A stretch of 64,000 nt of DNA from Patescibacteria group bacterium (GTDB taxonomy: Bacteria; Patescibacteriota; Minisyncoccia; Phycocordibacterales; PALSA-1337). The DNA is taken from positions 2,597 to 66,596 of the forward strand of contig JBBTTD010000003.1 in NCBI GenBank assembly GCA_038064415.1, in the 5' to 3' direction. Of the stretch, positions 26,024 to 36,481 are shown one piece after another. The notes under the pieces are model-generated. The model made no database searches and was not told the origin of the DNA. It saw nothing but the letters and a program-made list of their open reading frames with translations. A program made the translations under genes and the position numbers. Numbering within the stretch: the stretch's first letter is position 1; every line of letters begins with the position of its first letter.

Positions 26024-27352
26024 TTATTGAGATAACAATGTATCAATTCTGTTCAAATCCCTAGGGAATAGCGCGGCTTCTTTGACATTATCAATATTCA
26101 AAAGTTTGGCGGTTAAGCGTTCCAATCCCAGACCAAATCCACCATGGGGAGGTAAGCCATATTTGAAGGCTTGGAGGTAATAGCTGAATTTTTCAGGATT
26201 GAGTTTTTTATCTTTCATTGAAGCGATGAGGTCGTCATATTTATGGATACGTTGGGCAAGTGTCGTAATCTCTACTCCACGGAATAATAGGTCAGCTCCT
26301 TTGGTATAGGTTGGGTCTTTCTCATCTCGGTATGTATAGAATGGTCTTTTAGCAGTTGGGAAGTTTGTTATGAAGATAAAATCAGAACCAAATTTTTCGG
26401 CGGAATAGGCACAAAGCCAGCGTTCATGTTCTGGTTCAAGATCCGGCTCCTTGGTGCAATCTTTGCCGGTTTCTTTGGTAATAAGTTTTTGCGCCTCACG
26501 CAAAGTCATTTGTGGAATTTTTTCTGGAACTTTTGGAATATTGGCACCTAAAAGTTTGAATTCTGCCGGACATTCATTTTCTAGAATCTTTGAAAGATAT
26601 AAAAGAAAAGAATTTTCCATATCCATGACATCTTGATGATCCTTGATGAATCCCATTTCTATATCCAACGAAGTATACTCATTCAGATGACGCGTAGTTG
26701 AATGTTTCTCTGCTCTGTAAACATTGCCAATAGTGAACACGCGCTCAAAAACACCGACTAGTATTTGTTTATAAAGTTGAGGACTTTGCGCAAGGTGCGC
26801 AATATGTTTGAAGTACTCTACATTGAATGAATTTGCACCACCTTCTGCGTCGTCGCCAATAAGTTTTGGCGCTTGAAATTCAGTGAAACCTTTTTCAGTA
26901 AAAAATTCTCGGAAAGCTTTGGTGATAACCGCTTGAATCTTGAAAACTGCAGTATGTTTTGGTGCACGAAGGGTGAGTGGCAGATTATCAAGATAAGTAT
27001 CAATATTAATGTCGGCGTCTTTTTCAAATGGCAGTTCTTTTGACGCGGATAAAATTTCCACGGAAATAGCTTCAAATTCAATTGAGCCATTGAGCTCGTC
27101 TTTGTTAACCATTTTCGCGGGGCGTTCATTTACTTTTCCAATAATAGAAACAACCCATTCACTTCTCAGCTCTTTTGCTGACGCGTGTGCCTCGGTGTGA
27201 TTTGGCAGAAATACAGTCTGGACTTTCCCAGAGACATCGCGAATATCTATAAAAATGAGTTTTCCATGATCGCGACGAATATCAACCCAGCCGGAGATTG
27301 AGACTTCTTTGCCGACCGAATTCTTTAAATCCTTAATGTAAGTGCGGTTCAT
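26024..27352 (-). CDS. Class IIb aminoacyl-tRNA synthetase: aspartate/asparagine--tRNA ligase (archaeal/ND-AspRS or AsnRS type, 442 aa)
   Basis: N-terminal OB anticodon-binding domain, class II motifs incl. FRGVEITTL and GLPPHGGFGLGLERL. Confidence 0.8.
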   Translation of the reverse strand: MNRTYIKDLKNSVGKEVSISGWVDIRRDHGKLIFIDIRDVSGKVQTVFLPNHTEAHASAKELRSEWVVSIIGKVNERPAKMVNKDELNGSIEFEAISVEILSASKELPFEKDADINIDTYLDNLPLTLRAPKHTAVFKIQAVITKAFREFFTEKGFTEFQAPKLIGDDAEGGANSFNVEYFKHIAHLAQSPQLYKQILVGVFERVFTIGNVYRAEKHSTTRHLNEYTSLDIEMGFIKDHQDVMDMENSFLLYLSKILENECPAEFKLLGANIPKVPEKIPQMTLREAQKLITKETGKDCTKEPDLEPEHERWLCAYSAEKFGSDFIFITNFPTAKRPFYTYRDEKDPTYTKGADLLFRGVEITTLAQRIHKYDDLIASMKDKKLNPEKFSYYLQAFKYGLPPHGGFGLGLERLTAKLLNIDNVKEAALFPRDLNRIDTLLSQ

Positions 27353-27397
27353 AGGGGAAACTATAACATATTTTATGTTTTATGCTATATTGCCTAT

Positions 27398-27865
27398 ATG
27401 AAAAAGCCTTATGTTATAACGGTCGTAATTATAATAGTTATTATTATCGCCACATTCTTATTATTCAATAGAAAACAGGCCCAAGCCCCGATAGGTGTTA
27501 TTTCATATAGCGGAGAAAATGCCGTCAACATGATCAAAATCACATCTCTGGAGCCAAATTCAGTAATTAGTTCACCATTAAAGATTACTGGTCAAGCTCG
27601 TGGTAATTGGTATTTTGAAGCAAGTTTTCCAATCGTTTTAGTAGATTGGGATGGAAAAATCATTGCAAACGGTCACGCAGATGCCAAATCGGATTGGATG
27701 ACCGAAAATTTTGTGCCATTTGAAGCAACGCTAGAATTTACCAAACCAGTGTGTGCTTCTGGAATTGATTATTGCAAGCGAGGTTCACTCATCTTGAAGA
27801 ATGATAATCCATCAGGTTTACCACAAAATGATAAGGCGGCGGAGATGCCAGTTTTATTTGAATGA
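27398..27865 (+). CDS. TM-anchored protein with Gmad2-like Ig-fold domain
   Basis: PLKITGQARGNWYFEASFPIVLVDWDGKIIANG resembles GerM-associated Gmad2 domain; weak. Confidence 0.3.
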   Translation: MKKPYVITVVIIIVIIIATFLLFNRKQAQAPIGVISYSGENAVNMIKITSLEPNSVISSPLKITGQARGNWYFEASFPIVLVDWDGKIIANGHADAKSDWMTENFVPFEATLEFTKPVCASGIDYCKRGSLILKNDNPSGLPQNDKAAEMPVLFE

Positions 27866-28590
27866 AAACAAGCGAAGTTAAAAGGGAGCTTTTGAAGCGT
27901 GCCAATCCCATTAAAGCCAAACTTTTATCTGGTTTTTTCAAAACTGGAAAAGGAGAGTATGGCGAAGGCGATAAATTTCTTGGAATTATGGTTCCAGTTC
28001 AGAGAATTATTGCCAAGAAATTCAAAGATTTACCATTGAATGAAGTTCGCAAACTTATCAATGATCAGTATCACGAGGTTCGTTTGACTGGACTCTTGAT
28101 TTTAATTTACAAAATTAAGCGTGCTAATGAGGTAACACATAAAACGGTTACTGATTTTTATTTGTCTAATACGAAACAAATTAATAATTGGGACTTAGTA
28201 GATGTCACGGCGCGTGATATTGTCGGCGGTTATCTATATGATTTCAATAAGGACCGAAAGATTCTTTACAAACTAGCTCGTTCAAAAAATCTTTGGGAAC
28301 GCCGGATTGCCACAATCTCAACTTTTTATTTTATTGGCAAGAATGATTTCAGTGATTCAATCCGAATTGCTGAAATTCTTTTAACTGACAATCATGATCT
28401 GATCCATAAAGCGGTTGGTTGGATGCTTCGCGAAATGGGGAAGCGGGACAAAAAAGAGCTGATTAAATTTTTGAAAAAACACGCGCGTGAAATGCCGAGG
28501 ACGATGCTCAGGTATTCAATAGAACGGTTGAATTTGAGAGAAAAGGAAAAGTATATGAGAATACGCAATCCGCAGGGTAGACCTGCGTGA
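27862..28590 (+). CDS. DNA alkylation repair enzyme (AlkD-like HEAT-repeat glycosylase family)
   Basis: Family pattern FLGIMVPVQRIIAKKF...NNWDLVD...WERRIATISTF...HKAVGWMLREMGKRD. Confidence 0.6.
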   Translation: MKTSEVKRELLKRANPIKAKLLSGFFKTGKGEYGEGDKFLGIMVPVQRIIAKKFKDLPLNEVRKLINDQYHEVRLTGLLILIYKIKRANEVTHKTVTDFYLSNTKQINNWDLVDVTARDIVGGYLYDFNKDRKILYKLARSKNLWERRIATISTFYFIGKNDFSDSIRIAEILLTDNHDLIHKAVGWMLREMGKRDKKELIKFLKKHAREMPRTMLRYSIERLNLREKEKYMRIRNPQGRPA

Positions 28591-28617
28591 GACGCTTATG
28601 CTATAGTTTTATTTCAA

Positions 28618-29634
28618 ATGTCTTACGAAATTTCACCTCTAATAAAAGAAAAAGCGCCGTTAATTTTGGCTGAAATAAAAAAGGCCAATTCTATCCTTTT
28701 GCATTGTCATCCGTCTCCTGATCCTGATTCTGTTTGTTCGGCTCTTGCCATGAAATTTGCGGTTGAACAGTTTGGCAAAAAGGCCACAATTATAAAAGGT
28801 GATTCAGAAATCCCGGAGGCATTCATGCATTTTCCTGGGGCAAAAGAAATAGTGATGAAGAGTTATTGGGAAATTGATCCTAGTCAGTATGATTTATTTA
28901 TTGTTGTTGATTCTGCAATTACTGGCGTCTCTAGAATAAAAGAAGTCTCTCTGCCGAGTACAATGAAAGTTATTAACATTGACCATCATCGTACAAATAC
29001 CGGTTCCGGTTCAATTAACATAGTTGATCCAACATACCCAGCAACAGGCCAACTCCTATTTGATGTTTTGGGTGAGATGAAAATCAAAATAACTCCAGAA
29101 ATCGCCATAAATTTGTTTGCCGGAATCATCACCGATACCGGCGGATTTAAATTTGAAAGCACTACTGCTAACACTTTTGAAGTCGCTGCCCAATTGGTCA
29201 AGATTGTTCCCGATTTTGGCAAATATATTGCCGAAATGGAGAACAGCAATACTTTGAGTGATATGATGTTTCATGGTTTGGCCTTAAGTTCAATTGAAAC
29301 ATTTTCTAATGGTAAATTGGCAATTTCAGCTGTGCCATATTATCTGATTGAAGAAAAGAAAATACTTTCTGTCAGCACAAGCGCCGGTACAATCTCATCT
29401 ATTTTGAGAACAGTCGCTCAATTTGAAATAATGGTTGCCTGCATTGAAACCAAGCCAAATCAGATTCGTCTTAGTTTCCGCACGCGTGACGCTCAAAAAT
29501 ATGATGTTTCCAAAATTGCCGCGTTATTTGGCGGTGGAGGACACATTGTCGCTTCCGGAGCCACTTTAAATATGACTCTTGATGAAGCTAAAAAACTTGT
29601 TGTGGCAAAAGTAAAGGAACTGTATAATCTCTGA
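28618..29634 (+). CDS. DHH/DHHA1 phosphoesterase (NrnA-like nanoRNase/pAp phosphatase)
   Basis: DHH motif region LHCHPSPDPDSVCSALAM, IDHH, C-terminal GGGGH (DHHA1). Confidence 0.7.
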   Translation: MSYEISPLIKEKAPLILAEIKKANSILLHCHPSPDPDSVCSALAMKFAVEQFGKKATIIKGDSEIPEAFMHFPGAKEIVMKSYWEIDPSQYDLFIVVDSAITGVSRIKEVSLPSTMKVINIDHHRTNTGSGSINIVDPTYPATGQLLFDVLGEMKIKITPEIAINLFAGIITDTGGFKFESTTANTFEVAAQLVKIVPDFGKYIAEMENSNTLSDMMFHGLALSSIETFSNGKLAISAVPYYLIEEKKILSVSTSAGTISSILRTVAQFEIMVACIETKPNQIRLSFRTRDAQKYDVSKIAALFGGGGHIVASGATLNMTLDEAKKLVVAKVKELYNL

Positions 29635-29675
29635 ATGTTTACTGAATTGGCGATAATATTGATAAAACAAAAACA

Positions 29676-30317
29676 ATGGAACCACAAAAACAAAAAAAAT
29701 TTCCGTGGGTGTCAGTGATTATTATAGTGATAATAATTCTTGCCGGGATTCAATGGTGGCAGACCAACCTAAGAACCCAATTTAGTACAGACAATAGCAA
29801 TGCCACGACTACTGTTATAAATAACTCATCAACAAAGAACTCCATGCACACTATAACTATTGAAACCAACAAGGGGACAATTGTATTTGAGACTTATGAC
29901 GCTGACGCGCCAAAGACTTCCGAAAACTTTATCACTCTAGCTAAAAAGGGATTTTATGACAATCTTATTTTTCATCGCGTGATCAGAGATTTTATGATTC
30001 AAGGTGGTGACCCTACTGGTACTGGGATGAGTGGTCCTGGATACCAATTTGAAGATGAACTCAATCCAAACACCGAATCTTACAAAGCTGGTTATGTCCG
30101 TGGAACAGTTGCCATGGCAAACTCTGGACCAAACACAAATGGTAGTCAATTCTTTATTATGCATCAAGATTACCAATTACCTCACTCCTACACAATTTTT
30201 GGAAAAGTTATTTCAGGAATGGATGTAGTTGACGCTATTGCTAATAGTCAGATTGGCCCGAATGATAAACCTGTTCAAGCTGTTGTCATGAAGAAGGTGA
30301 CGATTAAGGATAATTAA
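29676..30317 (+). CDS. Cyclophilin-type peptidyl-prolyl cis-trans isomerase with N-terminal TM anchor
   Basis: FHRVIRDFMIQGGDPTGTGMSGPGYQFEDE...VAMANSGPNTNGSQFFI. Confidence 0.8.
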   Translation: MEPQKQKKFPWVSVIIIVIIILAGIQWWQTNLRTQFSTDNSNATTTVINNSSTKNSMHTITIETNKGTIVFETYDADAPKTSENFITLAKKGFYDNLIFHRVIRDFMIQGGDPTGTGMSGPGYQFEDELNPNTESYKAGYVRGTVAMANSGPNTNGSQFFIMHQDYQLPHSYTIFGKVISGMDVVDAIANSQIGPNDKPVQAVVMKKVTIKDN

Positions 30318-30386
30318 ATTGGCTACCAACCTGTTGAGGTTTACATTCGGACGAAAAAAAGTGCGCTCATCAAACGAGCGCCTTTA

Positions 30387-30920
30387 ATGTCTTTGATGTT
30401 AAGGATCCACATCTTGCTTTTTAAAATAATCAGAGTAGACTTCAAATTAGATCCCATGAAAACTACATATTATATTGAACCACGTGATTCAAACACCAAT
30501 CAGCGGATTGCGGAGCTTCTAAGTCAGCAGGCATGTGAATCAGAAGCGGCGGAAAGAAGATGTGCAGATAAGTTGTCTCGTAACCTTTGGGCAATACCTG
30601 GAAATCTTTTTCCGTTTATTCTCGGCTCTTCCGGCTTGAATATTTCTATTTTCAAGGATGAAGGATCTGGAATCATCTTTTTTAATGCTGTTGACTTTGT
30701 AACCACTTCATCAGACATTACCTTTGATGATCCGATTGCTAGGAAAAACTTTATACTAAAGATTCTTAGTCAGAGTAAATGGCTTGATCTTTTGAGTCAG
30801 CTTGAAAGATTTACTGAATCATTTCTAAAGCCTTCAAGGTATACGATCGAAAGACACAATCGTAAGAGATCGAGTGTGATCAAAATGAAAACACATCAGC
30901 CAAAAAAGAAGAAAAAGTAA
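30387..30920 (+). CDS. Hypothetical protein with basic C-terminal tail (start possibly at 30453)
   Basis: ORF track only. Confidence 0.3.
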   Translation: MSLMLRIHILLFKIIRVDFKLDPMKTTYYIEPRDSNTNQRIAELLSQQACESEAAERRCADKLSRNLWAIPGNLFPFILGSSGLNISIFKDEGSGIIFFNAVDFVTTSSDITFDDPIARKNFILKILSQSKWLDLLSQLERFTESFLKPSRYTIERHNRKRSSVIKMKTHQPKKKKK

Positions 30921-31033
30921 TTTGTTTTACTTCATTACAACCGAGAGTGCTCCTCTCGGTATTTTATTTGTTCGTAGTTTTTGATTTACTAGATGTTTTA
31001 ATGACTTGAGTTAATTTATGTTACAATAATTTT

Positions 31034-31804
31034 ATGTCCGATTATTACAATCCACACAGGACGAAAAATCTTTTTGATCCCAAGAGCGATGAACCATTTA
31101 GAGTTAGTCGTTCCAAGATTGATTTATTTTTGAATTGTTCACTTTGTTTTTATCTTGATTGCCGACTTGGCGTGGCGCGTCCGCCAGGATTTCCTTTTGC
31201 CCTGAACTCTGCCGTTGACACACTATTGAAAAAAGAATTTGATTTGCATCGCGCAAAGAAGCGCGCGCATCCATTGATGCACGCTTATGGGTTGAAAGAT
31301 GTCATTCCATATTCGCATGAAGATCTGGATATTTGGAGGAGCAATTTCAAAGGTATACGTTTTACTCATGAAGAGAGTAATCTTTTGGTGACTGGCGCGA
31401 TTGATGATATTTGGATAAATAGTAACGGGGAAGTCATTATTGTTGATTACAAGTCAACCAGTAAAGAAGAAAAAGTTAGTTTAGACAAAGAATGGCAGAT
31501 CGGTTACAAACGCCAGATGGAAATCTATCAGTGGCTCTTCAGGATGAATGGATTCAAAGTTTCGTCTACTGGTTATTTTGTTTATTGTAACGGAAAGACT
31601 GATAGAACAGCTTTTGACGCCAAGCTAGAATTTGATATAGATCTCATACCATATATAGGTGATGATTCATGGGTAGAAAAGACTCTAAAAGACATCAGAA
31701 AATGCCTAATGCAAGAAAAACCACCCACACCAGCAGATAAATGTGATTATTGCGCCTATAGGAAAGCGTCTAGGGATGTACAGACTATTTCCAAGCGCCG
31801 ATAA
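31034..31804 (+). CDS. PD-(D/E)XK nuclease, Cas4/RecB-like with Cys cluster (no CRISPR locus in window)
   Basis: N-terminal SRSKIDLFLNCSLCFYLDC, GAIDDIW (motif II), IVDYKST (motif III D-x-K), QMEIYQWL (QxxxY), C-terminal CDYC. Confidence 0.5.
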   Translation: MSDYYNPHRTKNLFDPKSDEPFRVSRSKIDLFLNCSLCFYLDCRLGVARPPGFPFALNSAVDTLLKKEFDLHRAKKRAHPLMHAYGLKDVIPYSHEDLDIWRSNFKGIRFTHEESNLLVTGAIDDIWINSNGEVIIVDYKSTSKEEKVSLDKEWQIGYKRQMEIYQWLFRMNGFKVSSTGYFVYCNGKTDRTAFDAKLEFDIDLIPYIGDDSWVEKTLKDIRKCLMQEKPPTPADKCDYCAYRKASRDVQTISKRR

Positions 31805-32198
31805 TCGCTCCACCGATTACAAATCCAAACAAAACATTTATTGTGTCAATTGTTACAAGTTTGAGAGGCGATCTTCTCCAAATAAAATCTGATACAGCCA
31901 TTGTCGCGATAAATCCTACCCAGACCAAGAAGCCGATAGTCGCGCCATCGGTTGCGGTTTGTGAATTTGTGACTACAATGACAAAAGCCAAAACACAAAA
32001 AGAAACTAGGGTGGCAATGAAATGAGTAATGTATAATTTCCACATTCCTCTAGCTTTCATTTCCACCAAATCTTTTTCACTCATTTTGGTTAGCGCCATC
32101 CATTCTTTTCCGAAAAGAATTGGCGAGTACCAAAGTGCCATAATCGCGAACGACGCGACTGATGCGACTAAAACTGGCCAGAAATTAATGTTATACAT
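31785..32198 (-). CDS. Small 4-TM membrane protein (DUF1761-like)
   Basis: ORF track; hydrophobicity pattern; weak family assignment. Confidence 0.3.
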   Translation of the reverse strand: MYNINFWPVLVASVASFAIMALWYSPILFGKEWMALTKMSEKDLVEMKARGMWKLYITHFIATLVSFCVLAFVIVVTNSQTATDGATIGFLVWVGFIATMAVSDFIWRRSPLKLVTIDTINVLFGFVIGGAIIGAWK

Positions 32199-32285
32199 GG
32201 TAAGTATTCTGATTAGGTTGATATGCTAAAATGGTATCATGCGACGGAACAGTTTTCCATCACTAATTTCTGATCTTAATTATTC

Positions 32286-32990
32286 ATGAAATTTATTTTC
32301 ACGACAGTCGTAATTTTTATCAGCATTGGCGTGCTGGTTTATTTCGCGAAATATAGCGTCTCAATGAAAGCTATTCCATCACTTGATGAATTTATTGCCA
32401 GCAATACGGCGCAGTTGGATTCTATTCAAAAAGATTCAGTGACGGACGAGAACAGCAATCCGAATCAGACAGGTTCTGTTTGGTATGCTTCTTCCACAAT
32501 TGTAAAAATGATTTTATCCGACGATAATGGATCGACAACTTCTGGAACTTCTTCTATCACAACTTCCAATACAAAAGATATCATTAAAAAATCAATTATT
32601 AGTGTCCCGTCGTCAACTAATTCAACATCGTCAACAATTTTATTACCTGTGTATACGCCAAAGGGCAAGATTTTAGTCTATACCGCCAAGAATCCGACGA
32701 CTCGACGGCTTGGACTTAGTGGTTATAAATCTTTAGCTGTTGATAAAGGCATGTTATTTATTTTTCCAGAGGCCGGTAAGTATGATTTTTGGATGAAAGA
32801 TATGAATTTTCCTCTTGATATTGTTTGGATCAATAGTAATAAAGTAATTATTGGAGTGGGAAAAAATATTTCTCCAAAAACTTATCCGAAATCTATTACT
32901 TCGCCGAAAAACATTCAATTTGTACTTGAATTGAACGCTGGAACTGCTGAAATATTTGGTCTGGCGACGGGGACGCGAGTTTCTTTTTAA
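32286..32990 (+). CDS. TM-anchored DUF192-domain protein (COG1430 family) with Ser/Thr-rich linker
   Basis: C-terminal GMLFIFPEAGKYDFWMKDMNFPLDIVWINSN...VLELNAGTAEIFGLATGTRV matches DUF192 pattern. Confidence 0.5.
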   Translation: MKFIFTTVVIFISIGVLVYFAKYSVSMKAIPSLDEFIASNTAQLDSIQKDSVTDENSNPNQTGSVWYASSTIVKMILSDDNGSTTSGTSSITTSNTKDIIKKSIISVPSSTNSTSSTILLPVYTPKGKILVYTAKNPTTRRLGLSGYKSLAVDKGMLFIFPEAGKYDFWMKDMNFPLDIVWINSNKVIIGVGKNISPKTYPKSITSPKNIQFVLELNAGTAEIFGLATGTRVSF

Positions 32991-33324
32991 AAAACTGTGG
33001 ATAACTAACTCTTTCGGACGATTTTGTCACGAAACTTAAAAATGATTTTTGCGTATGATTAAGAAAGTGATTTAAAAGTGTTCTAAAATCGTTGCAAACG
33101 CTTTTCATTTTGACAGCACCTCTTCACAAAATGAGAATTTCCATCTCAAGTGATGGATTTCTCTAAAATGGTCTTGTAAACTCTTCCTTTCATTATTGTA
33201 TAGGAGTACAATGTAGCTAAACAATAACTTTTTCAACTTTGGGTATTTATTCAATCTGAAAAACCAGTACATCGGATCATTATTAAAAAATTTTTCATCA
33301 AACAACTCCTGTTTATAAACTTGT

Positions 33325-35646
33325 ATGCCAAAAAATAAAAAGACCGCGTCCATAAAAGGAGTGAGTGTTTCCATTCCCACAATCATTAAGAGAGACGGTC
33401 GGATTGTTCCATTTGATTTGCAGAAAATCACCAATGCTATTTGGAAGGGCATGAATACCGTCAAAGAGGGTTCAATGGATGATGCGACGATAGTCGCGCA
33501 ACAAGTTTTTAACGAATTAATCAGGATAAAAAAGAAATTTGCCAACTTCGTGCCAACGGTTGAAGGTGTACAAGATATAGTTGAGGCGGAACTGATGCGA
33601 TCTGATTATGTCAAAACTGCCAAACACTATGTGATCTATCGTGAAGAGCGCGCCAAACTTCGCGCGGTCGGATTTGAAGTCCCAGAACATGTCCGCAAGT
33701 TGGCCACTGATTCAAAAAACTATTTCAAAAACGCTTTGGGTGAGTTTGTTTACTATCGTTCATACTCTCGATGGATTGATCAGGAAAATCGTCGTGAGAC
33801 TTTTATTGAGACGGTTGATCGATACATGTCGTTCATGAAAGAAAATCTCGGATCAAAACTCAAAGAATCTGAATACAAAGAAATTCGCGAAGCAATTCTA
33901 AATCAGCAGGCCATGCCGTCAATGCGTTTATTCCAATTTTCCGGCAAGGCCGCTCGCGTCACAAATGTTTGCGCGTACAATTGTTCATTCATCGCGCCAG
34001 AATCGTTTCAAGATCTCGCGGAGATAATGTATATCTCAATGTGTGGCACCGGAGCCGGCTGGGCCGTGGAGAGCGTCAATGTTGAAAAATTTCCGCAGAT
34101 TATGATGCAGAATGGAGATAAAATAAAAAAACATCTTATCCCTGATCATAAAGAAGGTTGGGCTGATTCTTTAACTATTGGCATGAAAGCTTGGGCGTTG
34201 GGAAAAGATATTGAATTTGATTATTCAGCGATTCGTCCAGAAGGAACGCGACTGAAAACTATGGGTGGCAAAGCTTCCGGTCCGGCACCACTTCAAAGAC
34301 TTTTGAGTTTTACTCGTCAAATTATGTTGTCACGACAAGGCAAGCGTCTGCGAGCGATTGATCTTCACGATATTATTTGCATGATTGGTGATTGTGTTGT
34401 TGCTGGAGGTGTTAGGAGGAGCGCTATGATCTCTTTGTCAGATTTGGGCGATGATCAGATCCGTGATGCCAAGAAAGGGGCCTTCTATATCACTCATCCA
34501 CACCGGATGTTAGCCAACAATTCAGCTGTTTATATAAATAAGCCCACAAATGAGGAGTTTTTGAAGGAATGGATGGCTCTGATAGAGAGTCGCGCGGGTG
34601 AGCGTGGCATATTCAACCGTGGTTCATTAGCCAAGACGCTTCCAGAGCGTCGCATAAAGGCACTGCGAGAGTACAAGGGTTATTTTGATCCAAATGGACA
34701 GCATATTATTGGTCCGATCGGTACCAATCCTTGCGGTGAAATTATTCTACAGTCAAAACAATTCTGTAACCTTTCAGAAATCGTGGCTCGCGCTGAAGAT
34801 ACCGAAAAAACTCTTTTGAAGAAAATGCGCATCGCTACTATTCTCGGAACTTATCAATCCACCCTGACCAATTTTCCATATTTGTCTAAAGAATGGAAAG
34901 AACATTGCGACCACGAGCGTCTACTTGGAGTTTCCATTACCGGCCAATGGGATAGTCCGGTTGTTCGGGACGCCACTGTTATGCGCAAACTTAAAGCAGA
35001 GGCGATCAAAGTTAACAAAGAGTACGCGAAAAGATTTGGTGTTAATGAGTCTACGGCTATTACTTGTGTCAAACCTTCCGGTACACTTTCGCAAACTGTG
35101 GATTGTGCTTCGGGTATGCATCCTCGCCATTCAAAGTTTTATATTCGTCGTATTCGCATCGCCGCCACGGATTCACTTTTCAAAATGCTCAAAGATCAGG
35201 GCGTGCCATATTTTCCAGAAGTCGGTCAGACCACGGAAAATGCCACAACTTTTGTTTTGGAGTTTCCCGTCAAAGCTCCAAGTGGTTCAATTTTCAGAGA
35301 TGATTTGTCAGCGCTTGAACAGCTTGAGTACTGGAAGGTGGTCAAAGAAAATTACACCGAACACAACCCTTCAATAACTATTTCTATTGGTAACAATGAA
35401 TGGGTTGCTGTCGCCAATTGGGTTTATGAAAACTGGGATATTATCGGCGGACTTTCATTCTTGCCACGTGAAGATTCGGTTTACAAACTAGCTCCATACG
35501 AAGCGATTGATGAGAAGACCTATAAACATTTAGTGAAGAGGTTAGAGCATATTGATTATTCCAAGATCATTACTTATGAAAAGCAAAATGAAACTGACCT
35601 CAAAAAAGAATTGGCGTGTGTCAGTGGGGTATGTGAAATAGTGTAG
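33325..35646 (+). CDS. nrdJ: Ribonucleotide reductase, likely class II (adenosylcobalamin-dependent NrdJ) with N-terminal ATP-cone
   Basis: ATP-cone VIKRDGRIVPFDLQKITNAI; active-site finger loop NPCGEI; C-terminal redox Cys pair CVSGVCEIV; no nrdB-type small subunit adjacent. Confidence 0.7.
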   Translation: MPKNKKTASIKGVSVSIPTIIKRDGRIVPFDLQKITNAIWKGMNTVKEGSMDDATIVAQQVFNELIRIKKKFANFVPTVEGVQDIVEAELMRSDYVKTAKHYVIYREERAKLRAVGFEVPEHVRKLATDSKNYFKNALGEFVYYRSYSRWIDQENRRETFIETVDRYMSFMKENLGSKLKESEYKEIREAILNQQAMPSMRLFQFSGKAARVTNVCAYNCSFIAPESFQDLAEIMYISMCGTGAGWAVESVNVEKFPQIMMQNGDKIKKHLIPDHKEGWADSLTIGMKAWALGKDIEFDYSAIRPEGTRLKTMGGKASGPAPLQRLLSFTRQIMLSRQGKRLRAIDLHDIICMIGDCVVAGGVRRSAMISLSDLGDDQIRDAKKGAFYITHPHRMLANNSAVYINKPTNEEFLKEWMALIESRAGERGIFNRGSLAKTLPERRIKALREYKGYFDPNGQHIIGPIGTNPCGEIILQSKQFCNLSEIVARAEDTEKTLLKKMRIATILGTYQSTLTNFPYLSKEWKEHCDHERLLGVSITGQWDSPVVRDATVMRKLKAEAIKVNKEYAKRFGVNESTAITCVKPSGTLSQTVDCASGMHPRHSKFYIRRIRIAATDSLFKMLKDQGVPYFPEVGQTTENATTFVLEFPVKAPSGSIFRDDLSALEQLEYWKVVKENYTEHNPSITISIGNNEWVAVANWVYENWDIIGGLSFLPREDSVYKLAPYEAIDEKTYKHLVKRLEHIDYSKIITYEKQNETDLKKELACVSGVCEIV

Positions 35647-35693
35647 GATTGCCAGTCTTTTATTTAGCACGGATTCAGGTATAATTACTTATT

Positions 35694-36476
35694 ATGAATC
35701 CATGGATACAATTAAGCATTGATTACGCAAATCAAAAGAATTATCTCGATGATCTTTTTCAAGTGTACCCAACTATTCCTGATGGGATTAGAGATATTGA
35801 TACAACATTATGGAAAAAAACTGAAAAAGCGTTCAAGGATCGTAAAAATGACGAACTTGTAGAGAGTCTATTGCAACTTGATCTTTTTCCGATAAAAGAT
35901 TCATACGTTGCTTATCTTAAGAGAGATAAGAAAGCAATGCAAAGAAATCCAGCAACAATTTCTCGCTTAGCAGGTCGTTTATATGGAATGGGATTGACTA
36001 GACTTTTTGAGCGTTGCTCCGAACCAAAAGAGACGAATCGTCAGATTGGCCCATTATTCCGTCGCTGGTTAAATAGAAAATCATTAGGCGTTGAGTCTTT
36101 AAAAGTAGAGCAATTTTTAGCCACGAAAGACAATGCAATTCTTGATGCTGGTGATATTGAAATGATGGGTTTTGCAAGAGAATATCTTAATTACAAACAT
36201 GGTAAAGGGCTAGATCTAGTTGCTAGATTTAATAATAAGTATGTTATTGCAGAAGCAAAATTTCTTACTGATTTTGGTGGACATCAAAATGCTCAGTTTA
36301 ATGACGCTATATCTACAATAAAAGCAAAGAATGTAAACGCTATTAAAGTCGCTATCTTAGATGGTGTTCTTTATATAAAAGGTAATAACAAAATGTATCG
36401 AGATATTACTACAACCCTGAAAAAAGAAAATATTATGAGTAGCCTTGTTCTTCGTGAATTTCTTTATCAAATATAA
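35694..36476 (+). CDS. Candidate Type II restriction endonuclease (PD-(D/E)XK) of an R-M pair
   Basis: GLDLVARFNNKYVIAEAKF = D...ExK catalytic motif; 5 bp upstream of a DNA methyltransferase; very AT-rich. Confidence 0.45.
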   Translation: MNPWIQLSIDYANQKNYLDDLFQVYPTIPDGIRDIDTTLWKKTEKAFKDRKNDELVESLLQLDLFPIKDSYVAYLKRDKKAMQRNPATISRLAGRLYGMGLTRLFERCSEPKETNRQIGPLFRRWLNRKSLGVESLKVEQFLATKDNAILDAGDIEMMGFAREYLNYKHGKGLDLVARFNNKYVIAEAKFLTDFGGHQNAQFNDAISTIKAKNVNAIKVAILDGVLYIKGNNKMYRDITTTLKKENIMSSLVLREFLYQI

Positions 36477-36481
36477 TTTAT

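Noticed and set aside
33105-33545. 146-aa minus-strand ORF overlapping the start of the ribonucleotide reductase gene
   Set aside because: It overlaps 220 bp of the well-supported ATP-cone N-terminus of the RNR on the opposite strand; the composition is that of AT-rich antisense. The 335-bp region upstream of nrdJ shows no recognisable NrdR box or riboswitch by eye.
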